A stretch of DNA of 64,000 nt, from NCBI GenBank assembly GCA_016187415.1, contig JACPJT010000007.1:132821-196820 (forward strand). Direction: 5' to 3'. The stretch comes from Candidatus Aenigmatarchaeota archaeon (GTDB lineage Archaea; Aenigmatarchaeota; Aenigmatarchaeia; CG10238-14; SCSR01). Of the stretch, positions 58,082-64,000 are shown piece after piece (positions within the stretch are counted from its first letter, which is position 1; the number at the start of each line of letters is the position of its first letter). A model generated the notes under the pieces. That model was not told the DNA's origin, did not search any database, and was given only the letters and a program-made list of their open reading frames with translations. The position numbers were made by a program, and so were the translations under genes.

Positions 58082-58747
58082 TCAATCCAAACTATACCTG
58101 CTTGTTAAGAGTTTTTTTATCTTGCGTGCCAGATTCTTCCCAACGCCCTTGACTTTTGATAATTCGTTTTCTGACGCTTTGATTACATTCTCCACACTGC
58201 CCAAATTCCCCAGAAGCCTCTTTGCCAATACACCGGATATTCCTGGAATGCTGGACAAGACAAATTCCTGCAGACGTTTCATTTCCTTCGGCTTCTTTCC
58301 TTGCTTGAATCCCAAATTACCGTTGGACTCTTCCTGCTCCTTCTTTGCAATCCAGTATATCATATTCGCAGTGTCGTATGGATTCTTTGTATTCACAAAC
58401 GACACATTAAATTTAGTTATCAGGCTTCCGATGATTGCTTTCAGTGCATTGTCGTTTATATCGCGATTGGAAAATCCCTCCACAACTATGACGGGTTTGC
58501 CGTAATTTTCTTTCATGTATTTTGACTGTTCGAATATCCTGCCGTCTATGAGCGAAGAAACAAAGTCGCCATGCGTTTTCCTTTCTATGACAACGCCATT
58601 CTCAGAACAAACAAAATCGCCAACCTTGAGACTCATTTCGTTCACAGTGGCGCCCAATGTTTTCAAGTTTTCTATCACTTCCTTTTCTCTGTAATCAGCT
58701 ATTATTACAACGCCATTCGCAGGTTTCAGAATTCTTTGTGTGTCCAT
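58082..58747 (-). CDS. xpf: Short XPF/ERCC4 nuclease with a C-terminal (HhH)2 domain
   Basis: 'GDFV...VVIERKTHGDFVSS' carries the ERK motif. C-terminal HhH motifs 'LSSIPGISGVLAKRLL' and 'LSKVKGVGKNLARKI' are present. Confidence 0.75.
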   Translation of the reverse strand: MDTQRILKPANGVVIIADYREKEVIENLKTLGATVNEMSLKVGDFVCSENGVVIERKTHGDFVSSLIDGRIFEQSKYMKENYGKPVIVVEGFSNRDINDNALKAIIGSLITKFNVSFVNTKNPYDTANMIYWIAKKEQEESNGNLGFKQGKKPKEMKRLQEFVLSSIPGISGVLAKRLLGNLGSVENVIKASENELSKVKGVGKNLARKIKKLLTSRYSLD

Positions 58748-58751
58748 GATT

Positions 58752-59609
58752 TCACTTTGTATTCAGTTCGGAATGAAACATTATTTCATCATGCAATAAT
58801 TCAAACTTATATTTCTTCAATATATCATAAAGTATTTTGTTTAATTCGTTTCGATAATTTTTCGATTGTGATGAATAGAACTGATTTAAGAACTCTTGAT
58901 CAATCCACTTCAATTCTTTCAGCATTCGTTCTCTAATATATGGAGCAAGGTTTATGTGCTCAATAAAAAGTTTACGAGTACCAGTTTCATATATCGCTTT
59001 CAAAACTTTGTCCAGTTCTTCCTTCTTCGCAACAAAATGTGGAAGAAGCGGACCTAGAAATGCATATGTCTTTATTCCAGCTTGATTTAATTTTTTCAAT
59101 GTTGATATCCTTGAGCTTGCGAGTGGTGCATTCTTTTCAAAGTACCTAGATATCTTGTCATCTGTAGATGTAATGGTTAAACCAACTTCAACATCTTTGA
59201 TTCTTTTTAGTATTGGTAGAACCTTCAGAACAAGTGGAGACTTTGTAAGTATAGAAAGTTGCCCTGCAAAACCATAGTCAGCAATTATCTGAAGACATCT
59301 CTCCGAAAGTTTGTACTTTGCCTCATATCCAAGAAATGGATCTGTAACAGAACTGAGAAAAACAACTTTACCCTTTCCCTTATTCGGAAGTTTTTTAATT
59401 TCATTTTTCAAAAGTTCAGGTGCATTTACCTTTGCATATACATATCCTCCCCAATCTGAAACCTTTTTCTTAACGAATCTTCCCATAAAACTTGCATAAC
59501 AATAACTGCAACCGAAACTACATCCAACATAAGGATTTATCACATAGTCTGACTCGGGAAGATTTGATTTTACAAGAATAGATTTAGCATTCAATTCGCC
59601 TACAATCAT
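58752..59609 (-). CDS. Radical SAM protein of the SplB/COG1533 ('DNA repair photolyase'-like) family
   Basis: 'INPYVGCSFGCSYCYA' is a canonical CxxxCxxC in the COG1533 context. The gene is tightly coupled between the helicase and nuclease genes. Confidence 0.6.
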   Translation of the reverse strand: MIVGELNAKSILVKSNLPESDYVINPYVGCSFGCSYCYASFMGRFVKKKVSDWGGYVYAKVNAPELLKNEIKKLPNKGKGKVVFLSSVTDPFLGYEAKYKLSERCLQIIADYGFAGQLSILTKSPLVLKVLPILKRIKDVEVGLTITSTDDKISRYFEKNAPLASSRISTLKKLNQAGIKTYAFLGPLLPHFVAKKEELDKVLKAIYETGTRKLFIEHINLAPYIRERMLKELKWIDQEFLNQFYSSQSKNYRNELNKILYDILKKYKFELLHDEIMFHSELNTK

Positions 59610-59610
59610 G

Positions 59611-61143
59611 TTACACCCAATCCAATAAGTTATTTTTCTTCTTAACGCCCTTATCCTTCATTTTGTACAGCATGCCCTTCATCTTTTTTTCCTTCCTGAT
59701 AGATGAATAATAATACACTTCGTCTCTTGTGCCTTTGGTTATCAAAAATATCACCTTTCCTATGGACTGCCTCCCCACCCTTCCCCTTCGCTGGATGTTT
59801 CTGATTTCGCTCGGCACGCTTTCGTAAAATATGGCATAATCTATCGAAGGAACGTCTATGCCTTCTTCTATCACTTGCGTGCCTAACAAGACTGGAAACT
59901 CGCCTCCCTTGAATCTGTTCAGGACGTCCACCTGCTGCTGCTGCGTAAGTCCCCTGCCTTCCTTTATGGCCTGCCCAATAAGCACATCAGAATTAATTCC
60001 AGCTTCAGTCAGCATCTTGTTTATTTTTTCGACAGCCGCGCGATAGTTCGCGAATATGATTATCTTCGAATCCGGTTTTCCACCCAGCAATTTTTTCACA
60101 ACCTCAACGGTCTTTCTCAATTTCGGATGTTCTATATCGCTAATGGAGAGATCTTCGCATAATTTCACTGTTTCCCTGATTCTGGGATCCTTGAATAGTC
60201 TGATATCAGTTCTTTTCTTGCTCTTTTCTATTCTTTTGAGAAATTCGTACAGGAATTTCACGCCTTGGGTTTCCAACAATTCGATCGCATGCATCAACTT
60301 GATTGCGTCGGCTGTTCTCATCATGGCCCAGAAAGCGGCGTAGTTCTTTGACCCCCGCATATAGCTTGCAATAATCTTTCTCTGAGTGTCCAAAAGCATT
60401 TTTTTTATCGGCTTGTAACTAAAAGTGTAATGATGGTCCTTGAGCCAATACAAATCATCTTTGAGAACTTCTTCCAATAACGCCTTTATTTTTTTGAATT
60501 CCTCAGGCACTTCCACGTAAATAGTCTCGGTTTCAACTGGCTGGACATAACTTTCAACATCCGAATCGCTCTCGCTTCTTATCTCGACGCCTTTGATGAA
60601 AAGGTTGTCGCATATTTCCTGTATCTTTTCCTGTGTGGCGCCCGGCGATGCTGTCAGCCCCAGGATTTGAGGATATTTTGATTGCATCCTGTATTTCTTT
60701 GCGACATACGAGTACGAATATTCTTTTACAGTGCGGTGCGCCTCATCAAATACCACAAGGGAGAAATCGCCCAGATCAATCTTATTATTTTCCAAATCAT
60801 TTTCAATGGTTTGCGGCGTGGCGATTATGATTTTGGCACGCTTGTAAAGTCCAACCCTGTCTTCCGGCCTGACTTTTCCGGTCAACAGAATTATTTCATC
60901 TTTCGGCACATTTGTAAAATCTTCAAACGTCTTCTGGTGCTGCGCAGACAGCGGCCGAGTAGGCGACAGTATCATTATCTTGCTTTCGGGAAATTTTTCC
61001 AGTCTCTTCGCAGCGACCATCAGCGATATCAGTGTCTTGCCCATTCCCGTAGGCAGAACCACGAGTGTATTTTTCTGCGATGCGGATTCCGCTATGTGTT
61101 TTTGGTAATCCCTTGGCTGGAGAGACTCGTTAAGCAACGGCAT
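59611..61143 (-). CDS. hef: Hef/FANCM-like SF2 helicase (helicase part only)
   Basis: 'RDYQKHIAESASQKNTLVVLPTGMGKT' is motif I and 'VVFDEAHR' is DEAH. An inserted domain sits between the RecA lobes, and 'QRRGRVGR' is motif VI. Confidence 0.7.
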   Translation of the reverse strand: MPLLNESLQPRDYQKHIAESASQKNTLVVLPTGMGKTLISLMVAAKRLEKFPESKIMILSPTRPLSAQHQKTFEDFTNVPKDEIILLTGKVRPEDRVGLYKRAKIIIATPQTIENDLENNKIDLGDFSLVVFDEAHRTVKEYSYSYVAKKYRMQSKYPQILGLTASPGATQEKIQEICDNLFIKGVEIRSESDSDVESYVQPVETETIYVEVPEEFKKIKALLEEVLKDDLYWLKDHHYTFSYKPIKKMLLDTQRKIIASYMRGSKNYAAFWAMMRTADAIKLMHAIELLETQGVKFLYEFLKRIEKSKKRTDIRLFKDPRIRETVKLCEDLSISDIEHPKLRKTVEVVKKLLGGKPDSKIIIFANYRAAVEKINKMLTEAGINSDVLIGQAIKEGRGLTQQQQVDVLNRFKGGEFPVLLGTQVIEEGIDVPSIDYAIFYESVPSEIRNIQRRGRVGRQSIGKVIFLITKGTRDEVYYYSSIRKEKKMKGMLYKMKDKGVKKKNNLLDWV

Positions 61144-61182
61144 TGTATAACTTTTAAATCCTTAGATTAATTAAGCGGTTGT

Positions 61183-61875
61183 ATGAAATTGGCGTCGCTC
61201 TTCAGCGGAGGAAAAGATTCTACTTACTCGTTGTTCCAAGCCGTGAAAGATGGGCATGAAATAAAATATCTCATAACTTTCAGGCCGAAGCGCAAAGATT
61301 CCTACATGTTTCACCATCCCTGCATCGAACTTACGACTTTGCAGGCCGAATCAATGGGCATAAAACAAATCATCGTCGATACTGCAGGCGAAAAAGAGAA
61401 AGAACTGGACGACATTGAAAAAATTCTGACCGAAATAAAAGGCGATATCGACGGCATAGTGTCGGGGGCACTCGCCAGCAACTATCAGAAGACACGGATT
61501 GATAACATATGCAGAAAGCTCGGCCTTGAAAGTCTGGCGCCATTGTGGAAAATCGATACCGAGAAATACTGGGAAGATTTGCTTTCAAACAATTTCACGG
61601 TCATGATCACTAGTTTTGCATCCGAGGGACTGAATGATAAATGGCTAGGCAGAATTGTGGATGCGAAAGCCGTTGCCGAATTGAAAGGCATCCGCGACAA
61701 GTCCGGTTTGCATCTGGGATTTGAAGGCGGCGAAGCGGAGTCACTCGTACTCGACTGCCCATTATTCAAGAAACAGCTTGTGGTAGAATCATTCGAAAAG
61801 GTTATTGACAAGACGACCAATAGTGGTTACATCAAGCCTACCAAGGCATACCTTAAAGAAAAGTTAAAGCAGTAG
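61183..61875 (+). CDS. dph6: PP-loop ATP pyrophosphatase, diphthine-ammonia ligase (Dph6/MJ0570-like)
   Basis: 'LFSGGKDS' is the PP-loop. The 230-aa size fits. Confidence 0.65.
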   Translation: MKLASLFSGGKDSTYSLFQAVKDGHEIKYLITFRPKRKDSYMFHHPCIELTTLQAESMGIKQIIVDTAGEKEKELDDIEKILTEIKGDIDGIVSGALASNYQKTRIDNICRKLGLESLAPLWKIDTEKYWEDLLSNNFTVMITSFASEGLNDKWLGRIVDAKAVAELKGIRDKSGLHLGFEGGEAESLVLDCPLFKKQLVVESFEKVIDKTTNSGYIKPTKAYLKEKLKQ

Positions 61876-61895
61876 ATTCATTGATTAATATTTAT

Positions 61896-61989
61896 GCTGA
61901 GGTTGGACAGTCTGGTCGTCCAGCGGTCTCGAATAATCAAGACAACCGCCGCACGAAAGTGCATGTGGGTTCAAATCCCATCCTCAGCG
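61896..61989 (+). tRNA. tRNA-Ser (anticodon CGA, inferred) with a ~10-nt intron and a long variable arm
   Basis: GCTGAGG...GCGGT-CTCGAA[intron]A-ACCGC, then a long variable arm, then GTGGGTTCAAATCCCAT-CCTCAGC-G. Confidence 0.6.
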
Positions 61990-62349
61990 CTAATATTCTT
62001 GCCAAAAGCTTATCTTGTCCGCATTTTGATATCTTGTTCCACCTAAAGTTCTGAGTGTAGGCTGTGGAGGTCCCAGTGAATCAACCATTCTCCAATATGC
62101 ATCAGTATTGAGTTGAATATAAAATCCCGAATCATTTCTTCCTACCTTTATGCCAGTACCATATCTATCTTCAAAATCTTCTTGCTGAACTACAACTTTC
62201 TGGGCTTCTGGAACTTCTAGTTCGAGCGGTTTATGTCTTACTGTTAGTTTTCCTCCTTCCTGATATGTCTCTAACATACCCAATTTGGTGACATCATCCT
62301 TTGTTAGAAATATGTCAATATCATTATTTCGATAAGTTGCTCGAGCCAC
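61990..62349 (-). CDS. Hypothetical protein
   Basis: The ORF is 119 aa long. No motif was recognised. Confidence 0.35.
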   Translation of the reverse strand: MARATYRNNDIDIFLTKDDVTKLGMLETYQEGGKLTVRHKPLELEVPEAQKVVVQQEDFEDRYGTGIKVGRNDSGFYIQLNTDAYWRMVDSLGPPQPTLRTLGGTRYQNADKISFWQEY

Positions 62350-62372
62350 AGTTGTATTATGAATAAAAATCT

Positions 62373-62379
62373 ATAAATC
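62373..62379 (+). promoter_or_regulatory. Putative TATA box (TATAAAT) for tRNA-Gly
   Basis: It lies ~20 nt upstream of the mature tRNA 5' end. Confidence 0.35.
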
Positions 62380-62393
62380 CTAAGCAAAATTAG

Positions 62394-62466
62394 GCGCTAA
62401 TAGTCTAGTCTGGTAGGATGTGACCTTCCCAAGGTCAAGACACGGGTTCAAATCCCGTTTGGCGCA
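62394..62466 (+). tRNA. tRNA-Gly (anticodon CCC), no intron
   Basis: GCGCTAA-TA-GTCTAGTCTGGTAGGAT-G-TGACC-TTCCCAA-GGTCA-AGACA-CGGGTTCAAATCCCGT-TTGGCGC-A. Confidence 0.8.
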
Positions 62467-62510
62467 TCAATATAATTTAAAAACCCCAAATATAGTTAGG
62501 TGATTGTTTA

Positions 62511-62693
62511 ATGGCAGAAGTCAAAGGCATGTATCACAAGCACGTATTTCCATTAACTGTCGCGGTTGCCGCCATAGTTTATGGCGCACTAGGATATGCG
62601 GGTCTAGACGCTAGGCTTGTATGGATCCTGACAGGATTGGTGACTTTCTTAATTGCGGGCATGTGGCATGACAAGATGTGCAAGACGGGCTAA
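62511..62693 (+). CDS. Small membrane protein
   Basis: The 60-aa product has two hydrophobic helices. Confidence 0.35.
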   Translation: MAEVKGMYHKHVFPLTVAVAAIVYGALGYAGLDARLVWILTGLVTFLIAGMWHDKMCKTG

Positions 62694-62765
62694 ATCAAAA
62701 GCCCTCTTTCCTTCTTTTTGTTAAACCTTAAAAACCTATAATTACTAACTAATTTGCGATACTTT

Positions 62766-63131
62766 ATGTCCAAAAAAACAGGGCCAACAAATCCGTATCT
62801 CAGAAAATTGGCCGAGAACCTGAGGATAAAGTCGCGGGAGTTAAATGCCCCGATATGGGCGGTCATAGCCGAGAAATTATCAAAGCCTACAAGGCAGAGA
62901 ATAGAAGTCAATCTTTCTGACATAGAAAGGCATACAAGCGATGGCGAGACAATTATAGTTCCAGGCGTCGTTTTAGCGGCAGGCGTCCTGTCAAAGAAGA
63001 TAAGTGTCGCGGCTTGGAAATTCTCGCCTGCCGCTGAGGAAAAGATTAAGAGCGCAGCCGGCGAATGTTTAACGATAGAAAATCTGCTTGAAAAGAATCC
63101 AAAAGGTTCTAATGTAAAGATCATCTCGTGA
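62766..63131 (+). CDS. rpl18e: Ribosomal protein L18e
   Basis: 'TNPYLRKLAENLRIKSRELNAPIWAVIAEKL' matches the L18e pattern, with the ATG at 62766. Confidence 0.75.
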   Translation: MSKKTGPTNPYLRKLAENLRIKSRELNAPIWAVIAEKLSKPTRQRIEVNLSDIERHTSDGETIIVPGVVLAAGVLSKKISVAAWKFSPAAEEKIKSAAGECLTIENLLEKNPKGSNVKIIS

Positions 63132-63135
63132 TTTC

Positions 63136-63558
63136 ATGAAAATATACGACGCTGAAAACCAGATATTGGGAAGAATGTGCACATACGTGGCAAAGGATTT
63201 GCTTAAGGGGGAGAATATTGCAATCATAAACGCAGAAAAAGTTGTTCTTGCCGGCAATATCAAAAAGAAAATAGAGCATTATAGCATAAGGGTGAAAAGA
63301 GGAGACCCGTTCAAAGGACCTTTCTTTCCAAGATATCCGGACGACATTTTAAGGAGAACTGTCCGTGGGATGCTACCATGGAAGCAAGCAACAGGAAGAA
63401 GTGCTTTCAGGAAATTGAAAGTTTTCACAGGCGTGCCAGAAGAATATAAAAAGTTGCAAGCTGAAAAGATTAAGAGCGCAGACGCAAGCAAGTTAACGAC
63501 AACTTATGTTACATTGGGCGAATTATCAGTCAATTTAGGTGCCAAGAAAAGATGGTAA
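63136..63558 (+). CDS. rpl13: Ribosomal protein L13
   Basis: 'ILGRMCTYVAKDLLKGENIAIINAEKVVLAGN' matches the archaeal L13 pattern. Confidence 0.8.
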   Translation: MKIYDAENQILGRMCTYVAKDLLKGENIAIINAEKVVLAGNIKKKIEHYSIRVKRGDPFKGPFFPRYPDDILRRTVRGMLPWKQATGRSAFRKLKVFTGVPEEYKKLQAEKIKSADASKLTTTYVTLGELSVNLGAKKRW

Positions 63559-63980
63559 AGAAAAAAGAAAAGGACATTCACCAAACTGGAAAGAGAAGGC
63601 TTGCAATAGCAAGAGCCATGATAAGGCCCGGCAAAGGCATGGTCAGGGTAAATTCCACGCCGTTGGGTCTATGGGGCAGTGAAATGGCAAGAATGTGGGT
63701 GAAGGAGCCGCTGGAGATTGCCGGCGAACTGCCTAAGACAGTCGACATTGATGTCAGCGTCAGAAGCGGCGGGTTGATTGGACAGGCCGAAGCGGTAAGA
63801 ATGGCAATAGCCAGATGCCTTGTCGAGTATTCAAAAAGCAAAGAACTCAGGGAGCAGTATCTGCAGCTTGATAGGAATTTATTGGTTTATGATCCGAGAA
63901 GAAACGAAACTCATCATGGATCTGGACGCGGTGCCTCGAAACGTGGTTCTCGTAGGCACAAACAACGTAGTAAGCGTTAA
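63552..63980 (+). CDS. rps9: Ribosomal protein S9
   Basis: The basic C-terminus 'GSGRGASKRGSRRHKQRSKR' is present. The L18e - L13 - S9 order is conserved. Confidence 0.8.
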   Translation: MVKKKEKDIHQTGKRRLAIARAMIRPGKGMVRVNSTPLGLWGSEMARMWVKEPLEIAGELPKTVDIDVSVRSGGLIGQAEAVRMAIARCLVEYSKSKELREQYLQLDRNLLVYDPRRNETHHGSGRGASKRGSRRHKQRSKR

Positions 63981-64000
63981 ATATATTTTGTGACATATAT

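Noticed and set aside
1-64000. CRISPR arrays and rRNA genes
   Set aside because: No regularly spaced direct repeats of 24-40 bp, and no rRNA-like conserved stretches, were seen on either strand.

Overview
This window reads as archaeal chromosome, roughly 40% GC, densely coded, with both housekeeping blocks and an accessory block.

Housekeeping genes (calls by motif, no database search run):
- Replication, repair and chromatin: Orc1/Cdc6, a type IA topoisomerase, a short ERCC4/XPF nuclease and a Hef-like helicase.
- Translation and tRNA metabolism: class I LysRS (HIGH and KMSKS motifs), Pth2, aEF-1beta, Pus10 and a YrdC-like protein.
- Transcription and ribosome: an RpoF - L21e - DUF655 cluster and L18e - L13 - S9.
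- Protein targeting and quality control: an SRP54 - FtsY - prefoldin-alpha run and Cdc48.
- Other metabolism: MinD, PyrD, PyrE and an S-adenosylmethionine decarboxylase.
- At least ten tRNA genes, most carrying introns. An initiator tRNA-Met appears to carry two introns at non-canonical positions.

The first ~16.5 kb is accessory:
- A 5'-truncated giant LamG-domain surface protein opens the window.
- A Phd/YefM antitoxin gene and a RelE toxin gene sit tail to tail between ~35-bp direct repeats.
- A tyrosine recombinase carrying zinc-ribbon insertions, a NERD nuclease, an AT-rich block of membrane, beta-propeller and PD-(D/E)xK-like genes, an RHH protein and a D5/P4-type primase-helicase run up to a tRNA-Val. 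Together these look like an integrated plasmid or provirus-like element.

Further notable loci:
- An S-layer-like glycoprotein sits next to a processive GT2 glycosyltransferase.
- A regulator carries a signal peptide, a transmembrane helix and a C-terminal winged helix.
- A Hef-like helicase, a COG1533-type radical SAM gene and a short XPF nuclease are tightly coupled on the minus strand.
- Two paralogous coiled-coil genes lie in tandem, the larger with a 108-bp internal tandem duplication, next to an archaeosortase-like membrane protein.
- A LAGLIDADG endonuclease gene overlaps the initiator tRNA gene.
- A DDE transposase remnant is present.
- No CRISPR array or rRNA gene was seen.

All calls rest on reading the supplied translations and the DNA by eye. 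No searches or computations were run.
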